NCBI GenBank assembly: GCA_951406725.2
Contig: OX597836.1
Location: 30,752,001-30,816,000, forward strand
DNA length: 64,000 bases
Reading direction: 5' to 3'
Source of the DNA: Octopus vulgaris
Taxonomy: Eukaryota
A program made the translations under genes and the position numbers. The notes below the pieces were generated by a model. That model ran no database searches, was not told where the DNA came from, and saw nothing but the letters and a program-made list of their open reading frames with translations. Below are positions 12,935 through 23,189 of the stretch, piece by piece (position 1 is the first letter of the stretch; each line of letters opens with the position of its first letter).

Positions 12935-13118
12935 ATCGTGGTTCACCTATTGCACATTCAGTACATCACAGTTCACCTATCACACACTCAGTATATCACG
13001 GTTCACCTATTGTGCACTCAGTACATCACTGTTCACCTGTTGTGCATTCAGTACAACACGGTTCACCTCTCATGTACTCAGCACATCACGGTTCACCTAT
13101 CGCACACTCAGTACATCG
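12935..13118. repeat. 30-bp minisatellite, 6 copies
   Basis: Unit atcacggttcacctatcgcacactcagtac in exact 30-bp register. Confidence 0.9.
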
Positions 13119-14512
13119 TTGATTTTTCTGGCTAATATATGTAAATTTATATTGAGGACTCCTAAGTATATCCAGGTTTCTGTGGCTGATAGCTATTTAT
13201 ATTTTTTAAGATTTTGATTATTTCTGTAGGAGGTTTTGAAACATAACACCCACGATAGTTGAGAGATTACTGTATTCTCAAACAATTTCTGTGGGCTATA
13301 AGATAAAAATATATAGTTGTGGAACAAAGATGACAATTATTGTTGCTTAGCCATAGGTCAACCCTTGAAGTATCTAGGACTAGCTCCTTCTGAGTCATAT
13401 AGACTCATGGGGCCAGTTTGTCCATTTTCCGTGATGCATATTCCACCCCACTCCATACCAGACAGAACACCAGTCCATTGCAGAATCCCTCGCTTTTGCC
13501 AGCTGAGTGGACTGGAGCACTGTGAAATGAAACATTTTGCTCAAGGACACAACACATCACCCAGTCCAGGAATCAAAACTTCAATCTTACGATCATGAGT
13601 CCAACACCCTAATCACTAAGCCATATGTCTCCACTATCTAGGACTTCCTCATCTAATATGCCTTTTCATTAGCGAAAGCGAAATCGAATTGAACCAGCCA
13701 GGATCCCTGGTCTGGTGGTACGTAAAAAGCACTATCCGACTCGTGGCCGATGCCAGCGCTGCCTCGACTGGCTTCCGTGCCGGTGGCACATAAAATACAC
13801 CAATCCGACCGTGGCCGTTGCCAGCCTTGCCTGTGCAGGTGGAACGTAAAAAGCACCCACTACACTCACGGAGTGGTTGGCGTTAGGAAGGGCATCCAGA
13901 TAAGACTGGAGCCTGGTGCAGCCCCAGTCGAACTGTCCAACCCATGCTAGCATGGAGAACGGACGTTAAACGATGATGATGATGATGATGATGATTACTT
14001 GAAGTGGTAGGCTGGAAATTTGAGGGAAATTTTGGCTCCTATTCATTTCTAACATGTCAGGCAACTAACTAATTACATACAATAATCTCATGTCAGTAGT
14101 CTTGTTGATTCATACATAGATTATTAAGCTGTTGTTTGAAACTCAACTTGAAATAAAAACAAGTTCTTACATAAAACTATTGGGATCTCTATGTCATTCA
14201 CATAATATCAAGGTTTCTGTTGATAGTTTTATTTAAATATCAAACATTGTAGCACAAGTTGTCTTGAGTATATTTGTAACATTGTAACGAAAGTGGAGGT
14301 TTTGGAGAAGTTTGTATTCAAAGGAGTAATAGTGAAAAATTGACAATATTAATAATATAGAAAACGCATATTAATCCAGCAAAAATATATACTGAAAAAT
14401 ACTAACATTATATTAGAAATTAAACAGTTTTGTTATTAATATATATGTATATATATTGTTAATACCCACACTGAAACCATGTAAAATTTGTGTGGTTTAT
14501 ATATATATATAT

Positions 14513-15404
14513 ATCTGGGACGTAGTCAGTCCACCTGTGCATACCTTCCTCCTTGTGATACTTGTGAAGGCCTGTTGAGGCAAGTGAAAATCAAAATGAA
14601 ATCAAAACAAATCAAATCAAATCAAATCAAAACAAATCAAAATAGATGAACATTAATGGAATTGTATCTTTGTGGTACCAGTGCCGGTGGCACACAAGAA
14701 AACCATCCGAACGTGGCCGTATAGCCAGTACCGCACCGACTGGCCTCCGTGCTGTGGGCACGTAACAAACACCATCCGATCGTGGCCGTTCGCCAGCCTC
14801 ATCTGGCACCTGTGTCGGTGGCACATAAAAACACCATCCGAAGACCCGGCAAGACTAGTCAGGCCATAACCTGTGGCCCCTACCTGGGACGTAGTCAGTC
14901 CACCTGTGCATACCTTCCTTCTTGTGACACTTGTGAAGACCTGTTGAGGCAAGTGAAAATCAAAACAAATCAAAATAGATGAACATCAATGGAATTTGTA
15001 TCTTTGTGGCACGTGGCACACAAGAAAACCATCCGAACGTGGCCGTAGCCAGTACCGCATCGACTGGCCTCCGTGCTGTGGGCACGTAACAAACACCATC
15101 CGATCGTGGCCGTTTGCCAGCCTCATCTGGCACCTGTGTCGGTGGCACATAAAAACACCATCCGAGCGTGGCCGTCTGCCAGCCTCGTCTGGCAGCCTCG
15201 TCTGGCACCTGTGTCGGTGGCACATAAAATCACCCACTACACTCTCGGAGTGGTTGGCGTTAGGAAGGGCATCCAGCTGTAGAAACACTGCCAGATCTGA
15301 CTGGACTGGTGCAGCTTTCGGGCTCCCCAGACCCCAGTTGAACCGTCCAACCCATGCTAGCATGGAAAGCGGACGTTAAATGATGATGATGATGATGATG
15401 ATGA

Positions 15405-15407
<3 letters not shown>
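14513..15407 (+). mobile_element. Long family-C element with ~370-bp internal tandem duplication
   Basis: The block ctgggacgtagtcagtccacctgtgcatacc...(CAAAT)n...ccatccga is repeated at ~14515 and ~14884. The element ends in the family-C core and (GAT)n. Confidence 0.75.
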
Positions 15408-15447
<40 letters not shown>

Positions 15448-15732
15448 TTATTATTATTGTTATTATTAGTGATAGAAGCAGTGTTTGTTCAAATTAGTGA
15501 TCTGTATACATACTGAAAGTGTGTATATTATTGAAAGCTTTCTAACTTGAGATATTCATCTCAAGAAAACATCTCTCATATATTAAAAAACAGAAAAATA
15601 TCAGCAGCAGACACACACACCTGTGTGTGTGTGTATGCTGCTAGCCAGCTCCATGTCAAATTGTCCAACCCATGCCAGCATGGAAAATGGACGTTAAACG
15701 ATGATGATGATATATATATATATGTATGTATA

Positions 15733-15892
15733 ATAAGGGATAACCACTAAGTGGACATCCAATATGCTAGAAGATCATCTACGATCTAACCACAAAGAAA
15801 GAATGTTCTTTAGAGAACATTCTTTCTTTGTGGTTAGATCGTAGATGATCTTCTTCTAGCATATTGGATGTCCACTTAGTGGTCATCCTTAT
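15733..15892. repeat. ~160-bp palindrome within a (TA)n-embedded dispersed repeat
   Basis: Arms pair about gttctttagagaac (~15810). The right arm and its flank recur, unfolded, at ~51100-51300. Confidence 0.88.
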
Positions 15893-16001
15893 ACGCATGT
15901 TTTACAATTTTTCTGAATTTTCAGATTTCTCTATATGCTAGGCTACTGGTTTTAAATCGATGTTAATTAAATTAATATTCAATTTATCACCCTCATTATT
16001 T

Positions 16002-16046
<45 letters not shown>

Positions 16047-16891
16047 TGTATAGGTGTGTGTGTGTGTGCATATATAAATATATATCTTGTGTCTAAGGGG
16101 TATTACTGTGCCTCTTGCCAGACACAAAATTTGTTTCAATGCACAAATTCATATCAAGAATCTTGCAAACCAAAAACAAAAACAATGCACACACATAAAC
16201 ATGTATGTATTGTAAAATATGCCCTAGAAGTATTGTATTTATTGCTTTATACACAAGTGATTTTTTTCTTTCCCTAAATTTTATGCTATGTACCACACTG
16301 ATTGCTAATCTCTGATCGCTGTGAAAGAAAGATTAATTAGGATGAAGTCAATGGTTAATTTCCAGGAGTAATGATTATTGATTTTCCTTGGGAGCATGAT
16401 TGCTGATTTTCTCAGGTTTTTGTCTATTATTTATATTCATCTTTTGACAAATAGAAACATTTTTCTTACTGTGTTCATATATTAACCTTTTTGATACCAA
16501 CCCACCTGAAATGGCCCTTGGTTCTGTGATATAGATTCCCCATTTTAAAGAGGTCTAATTTAAATCCTTCATCAAAATTTCTTGTCAATGCTTTAAGATA
16601 AAATATGAGCTTAATAATGATAAAGGCAGTATATCTCAACAGAAATATAGCAAGAAAAGAGTTAGAGATATCTAAATTAGAATCATTCATCAATTGTTAA
16701 TTTTTTAAAGGCAAAATTTGATTAATAAGGATATAGTCATTTTACTAAATTCTTTATTATTTTCAAATTAACTGAAGCAAAGGCAGTGTATTTCAACAGA
16801 AATATGGTAACAAAAAGTTTAAGGAGATCTAAGTCAAAACCTTTAATCAAAATTTCTTGTTCATTTTATATACCAAACATGAACTTAATAG

Positions 16892-17273
16892 TACTCTTTA
16901 CTCTTTTACTTGTTTCAGTCATTTGACTGTGGCCATGCTGGAGCACTGCCTTTTAGTCGAGCAAATCGACCTCAGGACTTATTCTTTGGAAGCCTTGTAC
17001 TTATTCTATCGGTCTCTTTTGCTGAACCGCTAAGTTACGGGGACATAAACACACCATCGGTTGTTAAGCGATGTTGGGGGGACAAACACAGGCACACACA
17101 CACATATACGAAGGGCTTCTTTCGGTTTCCATCTACCAAATCCACTCACAAGGCTTTGGTCAGCCTGAAGCTATAGTAGAAAACACTTGCCCAAGGTGTC
17201 ACGCAGTGGGACTGAACCTGGAACCGTGTGGTTCGTAAGCAAGCTTCTTACCACACAGCCACTCCTCTGCCTA
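16892..17273 (-). mobile_element. SINE family A
   Basis: Near full-length reverse copy, inserted among fragments of a second TTAA-type MITE (~16481-16822). Confidence 0.82.
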
Positions 17274-17897
17274 TATTTTTAATGATAAAATTATTTTACT
17301 AAATTTTTTATTTTCAACAGAAACATGATAACAAAAAGTTTAAAGAGATCAAAGTTAAAACCTTCAGTCAGTTATTAATTTTTTAAAGAACTTAATGATA
17401 AAGTTATTTTACTAAATTCATTATTTTCAAAATTATAAAAAAAATCATCCATTTCTAAGTATATTGGTTGCTGTAGTATGGCTTTAGCTGCAATGGGCTA
17501 AAATATAATGAAGAACTTATTATTTCTGATAGAATGATTGGTCTGTGTTTGATTTTGTCTTTTGATGTTAGTATACATTTACTGAAATTCTCAAATTGAT
17601 CAGATTTGAAGCTCTGCTTATTAAAATGTCATGTTTTTATATTTATATATATGTACAATCAATACAAACCTACCTACATACATATATATATGTGTATACA
17701 CACACACGCATGTACATGTGTACATTACATATGTACATATCTATATATGTATATATATATGCATGCTAGCATGGAAAACGGACGCTAAACGATGATGATG
17801 ATATATATATATATATACATATGTGTATTTATATATGTATATATATATGTATGCATGCATGTATGTATGTGTGTGTATCTATCTATCTATCTATCTA

Positions 17898-17938
<41 letters not shown>

Positions 17939-18049
17939 TTAGAAGTTGAGGAAATACAATTTATTTATCAATTATTTCTTCTAAGTACATTTTTTTTCCA
18001 TATAAAGGAAATTAATTAAAACTAATGGTGTGTTCAGTGATTGCTTTTA

Positions 18050-18101
<52 letters not shown>

Positions 18102-18505
18102 ATGCCTGTGTGTGTGAAGGTTATCAGCTGTTTGTTGAAAGAAGGCAGGAATTCAAGCATTTTTAGAAAATTTATTTGCTTGGCTTGGGGCGGGGGTGGG
18201 TGCAATGAATAGAAGTGAGAACTAATAAATAAATTATATTTCTCCAACTTTTACTAACTTTGTATTTATTGTTATATATAATATTTGTACACCACTATGG
18301 ACAGTGTCATAATATATGTTTTTGTGTTCCATTTAATTTTGAAAATAATCATGAATTTGCAGTTTAATATTGACAAAAATACTTAATTTTTTTGGCCAAT
18401 ATTAAACTGGTTCACAACATAACTCAAGAAAATGGTCTCAGAGAAAATTGTAATGGATAGTTTTAATTGAAAAATGAATACTTTAAAAGTACGATTGTCT
18501 ATAAT

Positions 18506-18750
18506 CGGTGCGTGGCTTAGTGGTTAGGGTGTCAGCATCATGATTGTAGCATTGTGGTTTCGATTCCTGGACCAGGCGACGCGTTGTGTTCTTGAGCAAA
18601 ACACTTCATTTCACATTGCTCCAGTCCACTCAGCTGGCAAAAATGAGTAATGCTGTGATGTTCTGGCGTCCCGTCCAGCTGGGGAACACATACGCCATTG
18701 AAACCAGGAAACGGGCCCATGAGCCTGGCTAGGCTTTAAAAGGGCACATT
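18506..18750 (+). mobile_element. tRNA-derived SINE family D
   Basis: Head ggtgcgtggcttagtggttagg...ggtttcgattcc, then cttgagcaaaacactt. Relatives at ~13390-13635(-), 47918-48065, 55907-56220 and 56470-56588(-). Confidence 0.75.
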
Positions 18751-18850
18751 TATTATTTATTATTACAATAGAATTAGATTTGAACTTAGATGAGTCGGTA
18801 TCGAAAGTGTTAAAATAAGGTAATGGCATTATCTCAAGGCTATAAGTACT

Positions 18851-19116
18851 GTTATGGAAAAAGTGTGTAAAATGTATCCCTGTAGTTATAGGTGCATTAG
18901 GAACTATCCCTAAAGATTTGAACAGATGGATTGAGGAAATAGGTATAAAACCTAGTTTAGTGCAACTCCAGAAAACAGTGTTATTAGGGGCAGCTAGGAT
19001 ACTTAGGAAGGTTATTGGCATCTAAGGTTACTTGTATCCTGATGTTGGGAATTTTGCTTTCCCACCAGTTTAATCTATTGTGCATATATAAAGTAATAAT
19101 AACAATAATAATAATA
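18851..19116 (+). mobile_element. R4/Dong-like non-LTR retrotransposon 3' end
   Basis: Encodes LWKKCVKCIPVVIGALGTIPKDLNRWIEEIGIKPSLVQLQKTVLLGAARILRKVIGI followed by a stop, typical of a restriction-like-endonuclease clade C-terminus. Then a short UTR and (TAA)n. Confidence 0.75.
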
Positions 19117-19725
19117 ATTTCAAATTTTGGCACAAGAGAAGCAGTTTTGGGCTTGAGGGTAAGTCAATTACATTGACCCCCAGTGCTCAATTGATATTTA
19201 TTTTATTGACCCTAAAAGGATGAAAAGCAAAGTTTACCTCAGCGGCATTTGAACTCAGAATATAAAGACAGATGAAATGCCACTAGGCATTTTGCCTGGT
19301 ATACTAATGATTTTGCCAGCTTGCCACCTTAACCCTTTAGTGTTCAGATTACTCTATTAAATGTAATATTTTTTTACTCAAATTGTTTTTAATTAATCCT
19401 GCATTATCTTATAGCTTTGAGGTTTCAGTGATGTGATTGTTTATTTTTTGAATGTCAGTGTAGATTAGGTGTGAGTGGCCAGATATCACCAGTTTGAATA
19501 TAAAACAGGGGAGAATATTTGGGCCGGATATGGCCGGTTTAAACACTAAAGGGTTAAAAATACTACTACTACTAATAATAATAATAATGATAATAATAAT
19601 GATTCAAAATAATCATGCAAGTTTTAGATAGTTGAAAAGAATAGATAACATGGTACTGTAGGCTACAGGTAGCAAACCCTTTATACATGCAAGACTCCAA
19701 AAATTCCAACAAAACTGGAGTTAAA

Positions 19726-19757
<32 letters not shown>

Positions 19758-19860
19758 TAATAATAATAATGTGTGTATGTGTGTGCTTCAGTAACATACC
19801 TTGTGTTGGTCATTCATGTTAACAGCTGGGCAGAAGCTAACTCATCAGAATGCAAATATC

Positions 19861-22800
19861 TTAATACATAAAATTATTGATGTTTCTTCTCTCAGCACTG
19901 TCATAATGTGTGTTGTTATTTTTGTTGCTATTGTTGCTGTAGTTGTTGTTGTTTTTGTTGTTGCTGTTGCTATTGGCATTGCTCTTTCGCTCATCTCTTA
20001 CTTCTCCACTGTCGTTGTTGTAATAGGCGTCGGTGCCAAATATCTCATCTTGTTCGTCTGAAGCTGGATAGGCAGTACCTCTGGTGTGCGATGTGTAGCT
20101 GCTTTCTACTCGGTTGCTTCTTCCAATATCGTAATACTGGTTGTTATTGTAATTGTGCTCTGCATTGTATCCACTTTTGGTATTATATCTGCTGAATGGT
20201 AGATTATGCATCCTCTGCATAGAATGGACATTTGACCTGCTGTTAGATTGGATCATATGTCTACCTCTTTTCGACCCCATATTGTAGTTTGGTTGACTGT
20301 TGTAATTAGAGAAAGGGTTGTTGTTGTAACCCCTGTTTTGATTGTGATAGTATCCCTTTGGATTTGTGTTGTAAAAGGGTTTACCAAACAATCTAGACTC
20401 ATAGTTTAACCGATCAAAACCTTTGTCGTAACCCGAGTGATCCGACATTGTGCCATATCCAAATCGATTGGATGTTGTATCATGAATTCCTCTATTCATC
20501 ACGTCAAAATTTCGACGTCTAAAATCCCTATTAAATCCTTGTCTGTTTGAATTAGGTAAATTAGGTAAATACCTGCCAGGATTGCTTTCGTGCCTTTGAT
20601 TTATGTTGTAGTTTGGTCTGCCATAATTCATGTTCTGTTTGTCAGCACTTTGATTTTCATCTGGATCTATTCCTGAATATATCGGATTCCTTTGATTGGC
20701 AGCCATTTGAATCTTGTGCAGCAACGAATTCTTGTCGGGATATTCTTTGTTAAACATAAACAATTGACTGTTGACCGGGTCGTGGTAATCACCATGATAA
20801 CTTCTGCCGTTGTTAGTTGGTGCTTCTCCAGATTCTTCCGAGTCTTTGTCTCCTTGTGCACTGTTATCGGCCAAGGTGTTCGATTCTGCTGGATAAAGAT
20901 CCATATTAAATGCTGGTCTTTCTGCTGAGGATATAATATCTCCTGCTCTTAGTCTTTCCATGTGTCTAACTCCACCGTATTTACTGTGAGACAACGCTGC
21001 GCCTTTAGTATCTTCATCACTGCTTTCATCAGATCCATCTTTTTTTTCTTCGTCCTCTGGAATGTTCATCTGACCAGCTTCGCCATCAAGTGGAAAGTCC
21101 AAATAGTTTTCTGCACCATATGGAGGGCTTAGAAAACCGTCACCTGGATACATCCCTTCATACCTGTTCTTGTCTATCATGCCATTTTGCACACCAGTTG
21201 GCACATTATGTTTGTGATTGTTGCCTTCTTCAATAGGCAGCAGATGAGTCCCGTACTCCTCGCCAACTTGGCCTCCATATGGAATTCCATATCCATCTAT
21301 ACCAGAGTAAAGATGCGGGATGCCATGCTCGTCAATTCCTGGGTAGAGATGTGGGATTCCATGTTCATCTACACCAGGGTAAGCATGTGGGATTCCATGT
21401 TCATCTATTCCTGGGTAAAGATAAGGTGTTTTATGATCGTCAGTTCCTGGCTGGTTCTGTGAGTTACTTCCTTTCGTGTCTGTCGTATCTGCCTCTTGCT
21501 GGCCTTGTTGTTCCTGACCTGCCTGTTCTCCAGTTTCACTCTGTGCTGTTTTAGACTCATCCGTTTCTTGTTTGTTGGTTGCTCCTGATTCTTTATTTCC
21601 TGGATAATCTTGAGAAGAACCATCAATTCTTTGAAAAATTGTTAAGTTATCTTGAGAATTTTGCTGTCCGGATCTTGTTTCTGGTTCTATTGTACCCAGT
21701 TCATTCCGACTGTCTTTTGAAATCCAAACAATGCCAGCATTACCAGATTTTCCATTTTCAGAAGGTTGATTCTCTTCTGTTTCCTGGCCTTTGTCTGGTT
21801 GTAAAGGATAATTCATTTCAGGTGTATAATCAACTCTTGGATCGTGAGCACGAATGGCCATTGGTTGAAATCGCCGTTTCCTTGATAATCCATTTGTTTC
21901 TGAGTTTTCATATTCACTACTACGAACAAATGTCCGTTCTTCTTTGTCAGAGACCTCATAATCACTGTCTTTTTTTTGAGGGCCTTTGAAGTTCCTTTTG
22001 TTTCCATGCTGCTTTCCAAATAGACGTGAACGAGTATTGAACCTAGTTTTACGGTGTTCATCTGCCTCAGAGCTTTTCTTGGTTCCATGTTCCATTTCAT
22101 CTGGTTCAGTTCGCTGTCCTGAGCCTGAGCTCTTTTCAGATTTATTGAATTTACTCCAAGAATGACCTGCTGAATAACTATCTCCTGCCTCGTATTCTTC
22201 ATCAGCTTCCTTGGGTACACCTGGTTGTGGAGTTGCTCTTGGTTGTAGCAAAACAAAATTGTCTGAACCTCGGTGTTGTTGCTGTTGCTGTTGTTGTTGC
22301 TGCTGCTGCTGTTGTGGCTGTTGTTGTTGTTGTTGTTGTCGTTGTTGAGGTGGTGGTTGTTGTTGTTGAGGTTGAGGTTGTTCTTGAAGTTGTGGCTGTG
22401 GTTGTGGTTGTCCTTGACTTTGGGTATCGGCTGGGTTGCTATCTACTTTACGATGTAGTCTAAGTCTCAGTTCTGCCGTGGGACTTGTCGAAGGAGGAGC
22501 TGTGCTAACCGTAACAGTTTCGGTAGTTTCCCCAAGGTTTTCTTCCGGCGTGCTCTGCACGTTTGGTGCACTCTCGAAAAGCAGCTCCTGGGGAAATAAA
22601 GGTGGTGAATCACTGGCAAACACCATGGGTGTGTCATTGACACCGATTCTTTCTTGTTGCGCAAGGGTTTCAAGAATCTCTGGGCTTAAAAAACTGTAAG
22701 CTGCCTGCCGTCTTGCTCTATGCAGTACTCTCCGTTTATTTGTGCCATCAGAATAAAAGGTATTATCCTTAGTAGTTAGGTTTCCACTTAGTTTCTGCTT

Positions 22801-23064
22801 TCTTGCTCTGTAACTTTTGAGTTCGTTCTTGAGTCTTTGTAATAGTAAGGCGTGTACTTTTACATTTCCAGACATCTTCTCAAATCTATGTTCCAAGAGT
22901 TGTAGTAGGTGTTCATTCGAATTGAGCTTCTTGACCAAAAACCGAACCATCGTTTCGAAATTGGTCTCTTCTTCGGCAGACCGTGCTCCTGCATTTGGCC
23001 GTGCTGTTATAGTAGCAGCACTATATAAAAGCAGGATCAATCCCAAGGCGAATGCTGTCTCCAT
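19861..23064 (-). CDS. Intronless nested gene: secreted, low-complexity ~1067-aa protein of unknown family
   Basis: 3.3-kb stop-free ORF (19861-23163) with no TE insertions in otherwise repeat-riddled AT-rich DNA. The second ATG (23064) has a strong context, ATAATGG, and is followed by signal peptide METAFALGLILLLYSAATITA. Internal 36-bp repeats differ mostly at synonymous sites. Confidence 0.88.
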   Translation of the reverse strand: METAFALGLILLLYSAATITARPNAGARSAEEETNFETMVRFLVKKLNSNEHLLQLLEHRFEKMSGNVKVHALLLQRLKNELKSYRARKQKLSGNLTTKDNTFYSDGTNKRRVLHRARRQAAYSFLSPEILETLAQQERIGVNDTPMVFASDSPPLFPQELLFESAPNVQSTPEENLGETTETVTVSTAPPSTSPTAELRLRLHRKVDSNPADTQSQGQPQPQPQLQEQPQPQQQQPPPQQRQQQQQQQPQQQQQQQQQQQQQHRGSDNFVLLQPRATPQPGVPKEADEEYEAGDSYSAGHSWSKFNKSEKSSGSGQRTEPDEMEHGTKKSSEADEHRKTRFNTRSRLFGKQHGNKRNFKGPQKKDSDYEVSDKEERTFVRSSEYENSETNGLSRKRRFQPMAIRAHDPRVDYTPEMNYPLQPDKGQETEENQPSENGKSGNAGIVWISKDSRNELGTIEPETRSGQQNSQDNLTIFQRIDGSSQDYPGNKESGATNKQETDESKTAQSETGEQAGQEQQGQQEADTTDTKGSNSQNQPGTDDHKTPYLYPGIDEHGIPHAYPGVDEHGIPHLYPGIDEHGIPHLYSGIDGYGIPYGGQVGEEYGTHLLPIEEGNNHKHNVPTGVQNGMIDKNRYEGMYPGDGFLSPPYGAENYLDFPLDGEAGQMNIPEDEEKKDGSDESSDEDTKGAALSHSKYGGVRHMERLRAGDIISSAERPAFNMDLYPAESNTLADNSAQGDKDSEESGEAPTNNGRSYHGDYHDPVNSQLFMFNKEYPDKNSLLHKIQMAANQRNPIYSGIDPDENQSADKQNMNYGRPNYNINQRHESNPGRYLPNLPNSNRQGFNRDFRRRNFDVMNRGIHDTTSNRFGYGTMSDHSGYDKGFDRLNYESRLFGKPFYNTNPKGYYHNQNRGYNNNPFSNYNSQPNYNMGSKRGRHMIQSNSRSNVHSMQRMHNLPFSRYNTKSGYNAEHNYNNNQYYDIGRSNRVESSYTSHTRGTAYPASDEQDEIFGTDAYYNNDSGEVRDERKSNANSNSNNKNNNNYSNNSNKNNNTHYDSAERRNINNFMY

Positions 23065-23154
23065 TATAATGAAAAATACTGGAAATGTTGTACAGCAGTT
23101 ACTACTAGACAAGATCTGCCACCTGCTTCTTTCTTCCCCTCTAGCTAGTGGCAC

Positions 23155-23189
23155 TCTGATCATGGTTACTAGACAAGCTGTCTTAAATA
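23155..23189 (-). promoter_or_regulatory. Candidate TATA-like box plus initiator for the nested gene
   Basis: Minus-strand TATTTAAG (23189-23182) lies about 30 nt upstream of an Inr-like TCAGA (23159-23155) and about 125 nt upstream of ATG 23064. Confidence 0.35.

Noticed and set aside
19861-20640. Reflectin assignment for the Y/N/R/M-rich region
   Set aside because: No (M/F)D(X)5MD repeat motifs are present, and the protein has a signal peptide and large acidic regions unlike reflectins.
23065-23163. First 33 codons of the 1100-aa ORF as the true N-terminus
   Set aside because: They would bury the signal peptide. ATG 23064 has a strong context and the putative TSS lies downstream of 23163. 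Not formally excluded.
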